NCBI GenBank assembly: GCA_964016885.1
Contig: OZ024766.1
Coordinates: 8,494,001-8,558,000, forward strand
DNA: 64,000 nt
From: Eledone cirrhosa
Lineage: Eukaryota
Direction: 5' to 3'
Part shown: positions 1 through 12,499 of the stretch, in pieces
Numbering within the stretch: position 1 is the first letter of the stretch
Layout of the letters: every line of letters starts with the position of its first letter
Translations under genes and position numbers: made by a program
Notes under the pieces: model-generated
Database searches by the model: none
What the model saw: only the letters and a program-made list of their open reading frames with translations
Told to the model about the DNA's origin: nothing

Positions 1-290
1 GACACATTAGATAATGTAGTCCTAGATAGACTGTGTCTGTATATATGACAGGACACATTAGATAATGTAGTCCTAGATACACTGTGTCTGTATATAAGAC
101 AGGACACATTAGATAATGTAGTCCTAGGTACACTGTGTCTGTATATAAGACAGGACACATTAGATAATGTAGTCCTAGGTACACTGTGTCTAAATATAAG
201 ACAGGATGGTCACAGCTGGATCATCTTTGATCATATCATAGGTCAACAGGACCAGCACTGACCTGGGGCTAAAAAACAACAACAACAATA
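1..290 (+). repeat. 51-bp minisatellite running into a retroposon-like 3' end with (AAC)n tail
   Basis: Unit gacaggacacattagataatgtagtcctagatacactgtgtctgtatataa, followed by ...tgacctggggctaaa(aac)n; the same family recurs at 61-63.6 kb. Confidence 0.85.
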
Positions 291-295
291 CTTAC

Positions 296-336
296 CTACA
301 GTGGGGGCATTGAGAACGTTGTTCTGTAAGCCAGCG
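296..336 (-). CDS. TRIM37: TRIM37 coding exon 3 (RWLTEQRSQCPHC-R, end of RING)
   Basis: cag acceptor and gtaag donor, 41 nt, in phase with exon 2; peptide matches TRIM37 RWLTEQRAQCPHCR; gene continues beyond the window start. Confidence 0.93.
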
Positions 337-387
337 CTGGGGAGAGAGAGAGAGAGAGAGATAAGAAGGAGGAGAAATTATATATAT

Positions 388-1220
388 AAGGAGGCACATG
401 GCTTAGTGGTTAGAGCATTGGGCTTGCAATCGAAAGGTTGTGAGTTCAATTCTCAGACCGGGTGATGTGTTGTTTCCTTGAGCAAGACACTTTATTTCAC
501 ATTGCTCCAGTTTACTCAGCTGTAGAAATGAGATGATAGGGACTGGGGTCGCTATCATTCCACTGCAAAGTGGTCGTGGAGGTGCCACGGCAAAAAAGCA
601 CCCAGCACTCACTGTAAAGTGGTCGTGGAGGTGCCATGGAAAAAAAGCACCCAGCACTCACTGTAAAGTGGTCGTGGAGGTGCCGTGGAAAAAAAGCACC
701 CAGCACTCACTGTAAAGTGGTCGTGGAGGTGCCGTGGAAAAAAAGCACCCAGCACTCACTGTAAAGTGGTCGTGTAGGTGCCACGGCAAAAAAGCACCCA
801 GCACTCACTGTAAAGTGGTCGTGGAGGTGCCACGGCAAAAAAGCACCCAGCACTCACTGTAAAGTGGTCGTGGAGGTGCCACAGCAAAAAAGCATCCAGC
901 ACTCACTGTAAAGTGGTCGTGGAGGTGCCACGGCAAAAAAGCACCCAGCACTCACTGTAAAGTGGTCGTGGAGGTGCCACGGCAAAAAAGCACCCACTCT
1001 CACTGTAAAGTGGTCGTGGAGGTGCCACGGCAAAAAAGCACCCACTCTCACTGTAAAGTGGTCGTGGAGGTGCCACGGCAAAAAAGCACCCAGCACTCAC
1101 TGTAAATGAGGTTGGTGTTAGGAAGGGCATCCAGCTGTAGAAATCAAGCCAGAATCAGTTCCCGTCCCACCCTTGCAAGCAGGGAAAAGCGGACGTAAAA
1201 TGATGATTATTATGATTATT
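388..1220 (+). mobile_element. tRNA-derived SINE with about 11 internal 49-bp units
   Basis: A-box TGGCTTAGTGG, B-box GAGTTCAATTC, body ccttgagcaagacacttt, tandem unit, tail ggacgtaaaatgatgat. Confidence 0.9.
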
Positions 1221-1291
1221 ATATATATAAAGTTGTAGTTCCTGTGTTTGTTAGTCCACGAACTCCTCCTATGATTTTGGAGATAGACTCC

Positions 1292-1965
1292 CATCATCAT
1301 CACCGTTTCACGTCCGTTCTTCCACGCTAGCATGGATTAGACGGGTTGTCCTGTTGTGGGCAGTGTCCAGTAGGCTGACCTTGTATTGCTCATACTGACC
1401 TTGTATTGCTCAAACTGATTCTGGCTTGATTTCTACAGCTGGATGCCCTTCCTAACACCAACCTCATTTACAGTGAGTGCTGGGTGCTTTTTTGCCGTGG
1501 CGCCTCCACGTCCACTTTGCAGTGTGGGCTGGGTGCTTTTTTGCCGTGGCGCCTCCACGTCCACTTTGCAGTGTGGGCTGGGTGCTTTTTTGCCGTGGCG
1601 CCTCCACGTCCACTTTGCAGTGTGGGCTGGGTGCTTTTTTGCCGTGGCGCCTCCACGTCCACTTTGCAGTGTGGGCTGGGTGCTTTTTTGCCGTGGCGCC
1701 TCCACGTCCACTTTGCAGTGTGGGCTGGGTGCTTTTTTGCCGTGGCGCCTCCACGTCCACTTTGCAGTGTGGGCTGGGTGCTTTTTTGCCGTGGCGCCTC
1801 CACGTCCACTTTGCAGTGTGGGCTGGGTGCTTTTTTGCCGTGGCGCCTCCACGTCCACTTTGCAGTGTGGGCTGGGTGCTTTTTTGCCGTGGCGCCTCCA
1901 CGTCCACTTTGCAGTGTGGGCTGGGTGCTTTTTTGCCGTGGCACCTCCATGTCCACTTTACAGTG
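1292..1965 (-). mobile_element. 5'-truncated SINE/RTE 3' end with about 10 x 49-bp units, inverted relative to the copy at 388-1220
   Basis: Reverse complement of the tail and ggttggtgttaggaagggcatccagc block, plus a homogeneous 49-bp array. Confidence 0.85.
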
Positions 1966-2289
1966 GGAGGGTATGGGGGCATATATATATTGTCTATATG
2001 CTTCAGTTTCGGCTTGTACGCATGGGGGGGGGTCGGGTCTTCTGTAATACTGCGTGACGCCAGGGGTCACGGTCGTGTGTCATCGCCTTTTCTGAAACTA
2101 CATTGCCCAGGGTACTTGGATAAGTATATTTCATTTTAATCCAAGGGTTCCCCTGGGGCACAAAGCCCCGCTGAAAATGAATTGATATTTTGAAAAAAAT
2201 TATTTACAAGAAACAAAAGAATAAGATTTAATAATGTAATTTTGATTTGATATATTACAAAAAATAATGTTTTCCAATTATTCATAAGA

Positions 2290-3340
2290 ATGTGGTGCCC
2301 CAGCATGGCTACAGTCTAATGACAAACCAGTAAAAGACACCAACACCAAACAATTTGGTGCCCCAGCATGGCCACAGTCTAATGACAAACCAGTAAAAGA
2401 CACCAACACCAAACAATTTGGTGCCCCAGCATGGCCACAGTCTAATGACAAACGAGTAAAAGACACCAACACCAAACAATTTGGTGCCCCAGCATGGCCA
2501 CAGTCTAATGACAAACCAGTAAAAGACACCAACACCAAACAATTTGGTGCCCCAGCATGGCCACAGTCTAATGACAAACGAGTAAAAGACACCAACACCA
2601 AACAATTTGGTGCCCCAGCATGGCCACAGTCTAATGACAAACGAGTAAAAGACACCAACACCAAACAATTTGGTGCCCCAGCATGGCCACAGTCTAATGA
2701 CAAACCAGTAAAAGACACCAACACCAAACAATTTGGTGCCCCAGCATGGCCACAGTCTAATGACAAACGAGTAAAAGACACCAACACCAAACAATTTGGT
2801 GCCCCAGCATGGCCACAGTCTAATGACAAACCAGTAAAAGACACCAACACCAAACAATTTGGTGCCCCAGCATGGCCACAGTCTAATGACAAACGAGTAA
2901 AAGACACCAACACCAAACAATTTGGTGCCCCAGCATGGCCACAGTCTAATGACAAACCAGTAAAAGACACCAACACCAAACAATTTGGTGCCCCAGCATG
3001 GCCACAGTCTAATGACAAACGAGTAAAAGACACCAACACCAAACAATTTGGTGCCCCAGCATGGCCACAGTCTAATGACAAACCAGTAAAAGACACCAAC
3101 ACCAAAGAATTTGGTGCCCCAGCATGGCCACAGTCTAATGACTGAAATTTGGTGCCCCAGTATGGCCACGGTTTAGCAACTGAATTGTGTTGCCCCAGCA
3201 TTGCCACAATGTAATGACAAAAATATAGTGCCCCAGCATGGCCACAGTCTAATGACTGACACCAGTAAAAGGCACCAACACCAAAGAATTTGGTGCCCCA
3301 GCATGGCCACAATCTAATGACCGACACCAGTAAAAGGCCA
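2290..3340. repeat. 63-bp minisatellite (ggtgccccagcatggccacagtctaatgac core)
   Basis: About 14 near-identical units; the core recurs at 57110-57280, suggesting a dispersed-repeat origin. Confidence 0.9.
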
Positions 3341-3398
3341 CGAATGAAACCCCAGTATCGTTAACATTAAGTTGGCAGGAGATATAACTGGTACCTAC

Positions 3399-3500
3399 CC
3401 TTATACAAGAGAGACAGCAGAGTTTTGAACAATGAGGGCAGAGACGGGCGTCTCGCAGTTTTTCCATACATATGAAACATCTGAACACTTCGGTGAGACT
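3399..3500 (-). CDS. TRIM37: TRIM37 coding exon 2 (RING finger [34 protein letters not shown])
   Basis: Near-identical to the TRIM37 RING; 102 nt, tttccag acceptor, gtaggt donor. Confidence 0.96.
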
Positions 3501-3527
3501 CTGGAAAGTGAGAGGAAAATAATTAAT

Positions 3528-4930
3528 TAATCTTTCTGACACCAAACATCATCACTTACACCCCCACACCCTACAAGATTGACCCCACGTGAAGGGTACA
3601 GGCTCCTTAATCTTTCTGACACCAAACATCATCACTTACACCCCTACACCCTACAGGAATGACCCCACATGAAGGGTACAGGGCTTCTTAATCTTTCTGA
3701 CACCAAACATCATCACTTACACCCCTACACCCTACAGGATTGACCCCACGTGAAGGGTACAGGCTCCTTAATCTTTCTGACACCAAACATCATCACTTAC
3801 ACCCCTAAACCCTACAGGATTGACCCCACGTGAAGGGTACAGGCTCCTTAATCTTTCTGACACCAAACATCATCACTTACACCCCTACACCCTACAGGAA
3901 TGACCCCACGTGAAGGGTACAGGGCTTCTTAATCTTTCTGACACCAAACATCATCACTTACACCCCCACATCCTACAGGAATGACCCCGCGTGAAGGGTA
4001 CAGGGCTCCTTAATCTTTCTGACACCAAACATCATCACTTACACCCCTACACCCTACAGGAATGACCCCACGTGAAGGGTACAGGGCTTCTTAATCTTTC
4101 TGACACCAAACATCATCCCTTACACCCCCACATCCTACAGGAATGACCCCACGTGAAGGGTACAGGCTTCTTAATCTTTCTGACACCAAACATCATCACT
4201 TACACCCCCACACCCTACAGGAATGACCCCACGTGAAGGGTACAGGCTCCTTAATCTTTCTGACACCAAACAACATCACTTACACCCCTACACCCTACAG
4301 GAATGACCCCACGTGAAGGGTACAGGCTCCTTAATCTTTCTGACACCAAACATCATCACTTACACCCCTAAACCCTACAGGATTGACCCCACGTGAAGGG
4401 TACAGGCTCCTTAATCTTTCTGACACCAAACATCATCACTTACACCCCTACACCCTACAGGAATGACCCCACGTGAAGGGTACAGGGCTTCTTAATCTTT
4501 CTGACACCAAACATCATCCCTTACACCCCCACATCCTACAGGAATGACCCCACGTGAAGGGTACAGGCTTCTTAATCTTTCTGACACCAAACATCATCAC
4601 TTACACCCCTACACCCTACAGGAATGACCCCACGTGAAGGGTACAGGCTCCTTAATCTTTCTGACACCAAACAACATCACTTACACCCCTACACCCTACA
4701 GGAATGACCCCACGTGAAGGGTACAGGGCTTCTTAATCTTTCTGACACCAAACATCATCACTTACACCCCCACACCCTACAAGATTGACCCCACGTGAAG
4801 GGTACAGGGCTTCTTAATCTTTCTGACACCAAACATCATCACTTACACCCCCACACCCTACAGGAATGACCCCACATGAAGGGTACAGGGCTCCTTAATC
4901 TTTCTGACACCAAACATCATCACTTACACC
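3528..4930. repeat. 80-81-bp minisatellite
   Basis: Unit taatctttctgacaccaaacatcatcacttacacccc...gtgaagggtacaggctcct, about 17 copies. Confidence 0.92.
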
Positions 4931-5172
4931 ACTCACATAACATTTACATTACTCTATATATACTATTGTATTTTCACAGTAAAGGCTTTACCTTACACAA
5001 TGTCAAATTTTGTGAGATTTTGATATTTATTTTGAGAACAATACCTTAACATCAGAGTGAGCAACCGGTTTGAACTGGAAGAGGTGAGAGAATTCTAGCT
5101 GGATATGACCGATTTAATCATTCTGAAACGAAACCTCACCTTTCCCAGAGAAATGACCCACATAAAAGGGGC

Positions 5173-6165
5173 CTGGTTTCTTATCAAACCTACAACAGTA
5201 GAGACTTCCAGGGTTCTTGGGCTCTCAGATCATATCTCTACTCACTGACATCGGTGTGGAGATGGCTACCCCACAGAAAAGAGCTTTGGATTCTTGTTAA
5301 ACTTACAGCAGGAGAGACTTCCAGTACTCTTGGCCACCCCCAAAGCACATCCCTACGTACTTATATCAAGGCAGAATTGGCCCTCTCACATGAGTAAGCC
5401 CTGTGAAGGGACTGGTTTCTTATCAAACCTAGAGCAGTAGAGACCTCCAGGGTTCTTGGGCCCTCAGATCATATCTCTACTCACTGACATCGGTGTGGAG
5501 ATGGCTACCCCACAGAAAAGAGCTTTGGATTCTTGTTAAACTTACAGCAGGAGAGACTTCCAGTACTCTTGGCCACCCCCAAAGCACATCCCTACGTACT
5601 TATATCAAGGCAGAATTGGCCCTCTCACATGAGTAAGCCCTGTGAAGGGACTGGTTTCTTATCAAACCTACAACAGTAGAGATTTCCAGGGTTCTTGGGC
5701 CCTCAGATCATATCTCTACTCACTGACATCGGTGTGGAGATGCTAACCCCACAGAAAAGAGCTTTGGATTCTTGTTAAACTTACAGCAGGAGAGACTTCC
5801 AGTACTCTTGGCCACCCCCAAAGCACATCCCTACATACTTATATCAAGGCAGAATTGGCCCTCTCACATGAGTAAGCCCTGTGAAGGGACTGGTTTCTTA
5901 TCAAACCTACAACAGTAGAGACCTCCAGGGTTCTTGGGCCCTCAGATCATATCTCTACTCACTGACATCGGTGTGGAGATGCTAACCCCACAGAAAAGAG
6001 CTTTGGATTCCTGTTAAACTTACAGCAGGAGAGACTTCCAGTACTCTTGGCCACCCCCAAAGCACATCCCTACGTACTTATATCAAGGCAGAGTTGGCCC
6101 TCTCACATGAGTAAGCCCTGTGAAGGGGACTGGTTTCTTATCAAACCTAGAGCAGTAGAGACTCA
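5173..6165. repeat. About 239-bp tandem repeat, about 4 copies
   Basis: ctggtttcttatcaaacc recurs at about 5173, 5412, 5651, 5890 and 6130. Confidence 0.9.
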
Positions 6166-6299
6166 TACTGGAGTCAGGTCCATAACTCCTATGGGTCACC
6201 TTGAACCAAACCTCTGTGAAACACGTGTAACGGGTCGATAAACAATAAAAATCTTAATACATGTAAACGAAACTTCGTTTTTTCTATATCCTCACACAC

Positions 6300-6307
6300 A
6301 CACGTGT

Positions 6308-6388
<81 letters not shown>

Positions 6389-7164
6389 ACCACATCCAGT
6401 AAAGTACTCAATACATTAGTAGAGTGTAAACATGTTTAATACAGAAATTATATATATATACATATGTATACACCCACACACATATATATATACATACACA
6501 TATTTATACACACAAACATATATATACATATATACACACATATATATATACATACACATATTTATACACACAAACATATATATACATATATACACACATA
6601 CATATATATACATATATACACACATACATATATATATATATAGATATATATATATACATACAACATATACACAGGCATAAACATATATACACAAACATAT
6701 ATATATACACAACATATAAACATACATATATATACACACACATAAACATACATATACACACATAAACACAAACATACATATATATATACACACACATAAA
6801 CATACATATACATATATATACACACATAAACATACATATACACAAACATACATATACACACACACATAAAGATACATATACATATATATACACACATAAA
6901 CATACATATACACAAACATACATATATATACACACAAACATACATATACACATAAACATACATATATATACACACACACACATATATATATACACACACA
7001 CACACATATATATATACACACACACACATATATATATATATGGTAGTGACTTAGATGTTCCATCTAAGACTTTGTATATAATTATGTCTCTGTATACAGA
7101 CAACAGAACAAGTACTCAATACATGTGCTAAAGTTCATATACACGAAACTGACACTCCATATAT

Positions 7165-7195
<31 letters not shown>

Positions 7196-7260
7196 GAGTG
7201 TGTCTATGTATATATATATATAAGTGTGTATGTATATATATATATATGTGAGTGTGTGTG

Positions 7261-7302
<42 letters not shown>

Positions 7303-7336
7303 AGTGTGTGTGTATGTATATATATATATATATGTC

Positions 7337-7367
<31 letters not shown>

Positions 7368-7939
7368 GTGAGTGTGTGTGTATGTATATATATATATATA
7401 TATGTGAGTGTGTGTGTATGTATATATATATATATATATGTCAGTGTGTGTGTGTATATATATATATATGTCAGTGTGTGTGTGTATATATATATATATG
7501 TGAGTGTGTGTGTGTGTGTGTATATATATATACACACAAACACACAGGACACATTATATACAGATAGTGTCCCAAAGAAATGTATACATACTTCTACAGC
7601 ATTCTAATATATATTACCTGCACATGTAATCAACACATGTATACATTTATTGGGGACACCCTATATACATACATACAGATATATATATATAACGAATGTA
7701 TATACATACTTTTATCTCTATATAGTCATATATATAGCCTCATATTTATACATGTATATACACACATATATATATATATAGCCGTCTCTCTCTCTCTATA
7801 TATATATATATACACATGTATGTATATATATATATATAGTCCTCTCTCTCTCTCTCTCTATCTATATATATATGTATATATACACATGTATGTGTATATA
7901 GTCTTCTCTCTATATATATACAGATATGTGTATATAGTC

Positions 7940-7972
<33 letters not shown>

Positions 7973-8347
7973 CATATATGTGTGTATATAGTCCTCTCTC
8001 TCTACACATATATATATATATATATATATATAGCCGTCTCTATCTCTCTATATACACATGTATATATATATATATATATATATATAGTCCCCTCTCTACA
8101 CACACACATATATATATATAACCGTCTCTATCTCTCTCTCTATATATATATACACATGTATGTATATATATATATAGAGAGAGAGAGAGACCTCTCTCTC
8201 TCTCTACACACACATATATATAGCCGTCTCTATCTCTCTCTCTATATATATACACATGTATGTATATATAGTCCCCTCTCTCTCTTTCTACACACACACA
8301 TATATATATATATATATACATACATGTATGTATGTGTATATAGTCCT

Positions 8348-8378
<31 letters not shown>

Positions 8379-8430
8379 TATATATATATACATGTATGTG
8401 TATATAGTCCTCTCTCTCTACACACATATA
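6300..8430. repeat. Compound (GT)n/(TA)n/(CA)n/(CT)n microsatellite field
   Basis: Direct inspection. Confidence 0.9.
7557..7665. mobile_element. Short Tc1/mariner-type MITE
   Basis: Imperfect TIRs gtgtcccaaagaaatgtataca / tgtatacatttattggggacac in a TA context; related copies at about 40335-40430 and 47555-47605. Confidence 0.55.
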
Positions 8431-8441
8431 TACACACTTAC

Positions 8442-8495
8442 CTCTACAGTGTGTTCTTCGAGTCTTTTTTCATGTTTCACGCCTCCAGAGGCCAT
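8442..8495 (-). CDS. TRIM37: TRIM37 first coding exon (MASGGVKHEKRLEEHTVE)
   Basis: Kozak-like aaaccATGG, 54 nt, phase-0 gtaag donor; EEHTVE|SL resembles human MDEQSVE|SI; upstream AG at 8506-8507 implies a 5'UTR exon. Confidence 0.82.
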
Positions 8496-9194
8496 GGTTT
8501 TAGTCCTTAAAATAAGGGGACAAGCCCTTGAATCAACAGCCTAGCACAACCAGACACACATACATATATATATACATATATAGCTATATATATACATTTA
8601 TATATGTATGTATATATATATATATGTGTGTGTGTGTGTATATGTATATATATATGTATATACAGATGTATGTAAACACAGAATATCGCTGGCAACAGTT
8701 ATGTATGTATATAGACAAACATTGGTCTATTTTATACCATATATATATCTATATGTGTATATATAAATATATAATATCTATATACACACACGTATATATA
8801 TATATATATATACAGATAAATATGTGTATATTTATATATATATATTTAAGGAGGGGAGAGATTTATATTATATGTATATAAATATATACACACTATATAT
8901 ACCTATATATATATATATACACACACAGCTATATATGTATGTCTGTGTATATATGTATACACCCTCTCGCTTGACAACTCTGATACGGACTAACGATAAT
9001 ACTGGATTCTCATTGGTTGATATTCTCGCTCACCGTCTGTCATCTTAGGGGTAAATCAATGTTAAATAATCTACGTATTTCTCCATCTTAACTAATTCCA
9101 ATTAATTTAATTAACATTAGATATTTTCATAGATAGGAAAATATAATAATATATATAATAATAATATATATTATGTATATAATTGTGGGTTTAA

Positions 9195-9275
9195 TGTTAG
9201 TTCCGGCCATGTTCTATTGGCAGCCATGCTGGAATATTTATAAACAACGGACAGCAATCGGAAGTCACCGTTTCA
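9195..9275. promoter_or_regulatory. Candidate promoter between divergent TRIM37 and OST4
   Basis: ETS cores TTCCGG (9201) and CGGAAGT (9259), and YY1-like GCCATGTT/GCCATGCT, in a unique island between divergent genes. Confidence 0.45.
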
Positions 9276-9829
9276 CCACCTCTTCCTCTCTCATATATAT
9301 ACAGACTCACCCACTAATAATCTGACACGTTGCTCTCTCTCCTCTCTTTCACTCCCTCTCTCACTGTCTTATACTCCGTCTCTCCGCTCTTTCACACCCT
9401 CTATCATTGTTGTATACGCTGTCTCTCCTCTCTTTCACACCCTCTCTCGCTGTCTTATATATTCCCTCTCTCCTCTCTTTCATTCCCTCTCTTATTGTCT
9501 TATACTGTCTCTCCTCTCTTTCACACCCTCTCTCACTGTCTTATATAGTCTCTCCACTTTTTCACACCCTCTCTCATTGTCTCTCCTCTCTTTCAAACTC
9601 TCTCACTGTTTTATATACTGTCTTTCCACTGTATCTCTCTTCTCACCTCTCCTACTCTCTCACTATTTTTTACTCTGTCACTCCTCCTTCTAAATCTATC
9701 TTCCTCTCACCTCCTCCTCTCTGAATATTTCTTACTTTATCTCTCTCTGGTACTCTCTATTACTCTATCACCTCTTCTCCCCTCTCTCACTATCTCCTAC
9801 TCTATCTACCTCTCTCTCACAATCTCCTA

Positions 9830-10750
9830 CTCTATCTCCACTCTCAGCTCCCCCTCTCTCACAATCTCTTACTCTTTCTTCCCTCTCTCTCACAATCTCC
9901 ACTCTCAGCTCCCCCTCTCTCCAACTCTATCGTCCCTCTCAGCTCCCACTCTCTCACAATCTCCTACTCTATCTCTCCTCTCAGCTCCCCCTCTCTTACA
10001 ATCTCCTACTCTATCTCTCCTCTCAGCTTCCCCTCTCCCACAATCTCCTACTCTATCGTCCCTCTCAGCTCCCCCCCTCTCACAATCTCCTATTCTATCT
10101 CTCCTCTCAGCTTCCCCTCTCTCACAATCTCCTACTCTATCGTCCCTCTCAGTTCCCCCTCTCTCACAATCTCCTACTCTATCGTCCCTCTCAGCTCCCC
10201 CTCTCTCACAATCTCCTACTCTATCCCTCTCTCACAATCTCCACTCTCAGCTCCCCCTCTCTTACAATCTCCTACTCTATCGTCCCTCTCAGCTCCCCCT
10301 CTCTCACAATCTCCTACTCTATCGTCCCTCTCAGCTCCCCCTCTCTCACAATCTCCTACTCTATCGTCCCTCTCAGCTCCCCCTCTCTCACAATCTCCTA
10401 CTCTATCGTCCCTCTCAGCTCCCCCTCTCTCACAATCTCCTATTCTATCGTCCCTCTCAGCTCCCCCTCTCTCACAATCTCCTACTCTATCGTCCCTCTC
10501 AGCTCCCCCTCTCTCACAATCTCCTACTCTATCGTCCCTCTCAGCTCCCCCTCTCTCACAATCTCCTACTCTATCGTCCCTCTCAGCTCCCCCTCTCTCA
10601 CAATCTCCTACTCTATCGTCCCTCTCAGCTCCCCCTCTCTCACAATCTCCTAGTCTTTCGTCCCTCTCAGCTCCCCCTCTCTCACAATCTCCTATTCTAT
10701 CGTCCCTCTCAGCTCCCCCTCTCTCACAATCTCCTAGTCTATCCCTCTCT
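9830..10750. repeat. 42-bp pyrimidine-rich minisatellite
   Basis: Unit ctcagctccccctctctcacaatctcctactctatcgtccct. Confidence 0.88.
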
Positions 10751-10759
10751 CTCTCCCCA

Positions 10760-10854
10760 TCACAGTGTCTCCATTTCTACCGAGACTTCAACGATCGTCG
10801 CTCCACTTCTTATTAATTAATATTTAATCAATTAATTAACTAATTAACTAACAG
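10760..10854 (+). other. OST4: Candidate OST4 5'UTR exon (start uncertain)
   Basis: Unique sequence ending in a perfect CAG|GTAAG donor; the OST4 ATG lies 1 nt after an acceptor, so an upstream exon is required. Confidence 0.5.
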
Positions 10855-10982
10855 GTAAGCAATTCTAGTTATTAATATTATTAACATAAATCGAAAGATT
10901 TGTCCGTTTTTTTTTTACGATTTTAGCAACTTTTAAACGTTTTTTTCTGTCAACATCAAAGTCTGTCGATTATATATACACG

Positions 10983-11023
<41 letters not shown>

Positions 11024-11092
11024 GTATGTCATTACATAGAAACACGTATGTATATATATATATACACGTATGTCATTACATAGAAACGTATG

Positions 11093-11211
<119 letters not shown>

Positions 11212-11446
11212 GTATATATATATATATATAAATATATATTTATATACACGTATATATATATATATATAGTTTATATTGCGTATGAATCGAAGTTGTATAT
11301 ATATATATATATATATATTTAAAGGTTAAACATGGTTCAATGAATAAATCAATATTAAGGTATATAAATATCGAGTCTTGTCATATATTCACAACCATGA
11401 CTGAATCTTAACCATCTACTATGTCAGGGTATGTCATGCATCATCT

Positions 11447-11513
11447 TATTTTATCTGATGAGGACGTACTGTTGAAGATTGCTCAGTACCTCTGACATAT
11501 GTATAATAAAATA
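11447..11513 (+). ncRNA. Type-I minimal hammerhead ribozyme motif with core mutation (GACA for GAAA)
   Basis: tattttat-CTGATGA-ggacgtactg..cagtacctct-GACA-tatgta-TA-ataaaata; perfect 8-bp stem I. Confidence 0.65.
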
Positions 11514-11577
11514 TACTTGATCACACGAATGTCTATTTTTGTTAATATTTTGAATTAATATATATATATTATATATA

Positions 11578-11610
<33 letters not shown>

Positions 11611-11674
11611 GCATATGAATCTATCTACCTATATATATACATGTGTGTGTGTGTATATATATATATATATACAT

Positions 11675-12010
11675 CATCATCATCATTTTACGTCCACTTT
11701 TCCCTGCTTGCAAGGGTGGGACGGGAACTGATTCTGGCTTGATTTCTACAGCTGGATGCCCTTCCTAACACCAACCTCATTTACAGTGAGTGCTGGGGGC
11801 TTTTTTGCCATGGCACCTCCACGACCACTTTGCAGTGGAATGATAGGGACCCCAGTCCCTATCATCTCATTTCTACAGCTGACTAAACTGGAGCAATGTG
11901 AAATAAAGTGTCTTGCTCAAGGAAACAACACATCACCCGGTCTGAGAATTGAACTCACAACCTTTCGATTGAAAGGCCAATGCTCTAACCACTAAGCCAT
12001 GTGCCTCCAT
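11675..12010 (-). mobile_element. Full-length tRNA-SINE, single 49-bp unit
   Basis: Same head, body and tail as 388-1220; flanked by (TA)n. Confidence 0.9.
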
Positions 12011-12011
12011 A

Positions 12012-12203
<192 letters not shown>

Positions 12204-12499
12204 TGCATAAGACAGTAAGATGTGATTTGAGGGAGATTTGGCTGTTATTTCTACCAGATCTAGCTACCATGTTATTGAACATGTATATATATATATACAT
12301 ACACACACACATATATATATATATATACACATACATGTGTATGAGGGAGATTTGAGTGCTATTTTTAGCAGATTTAGTGGTCCTCTACGAGGTTTTCCTG
12401 GTGGCCCAGACATGAATGATAAAACGTGCCGGCTGTTAGAAATAGCAGCCAAATCTCCCTCATATCACACCCTACTGTCTTATGGGTGAATGACACCAA

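Noticed and set aside
388-460. tRNA gene
   Set aside because: A and B boxes are present, but there is no proper cloverleaf or terminator; it is a multi-copy SINE head.
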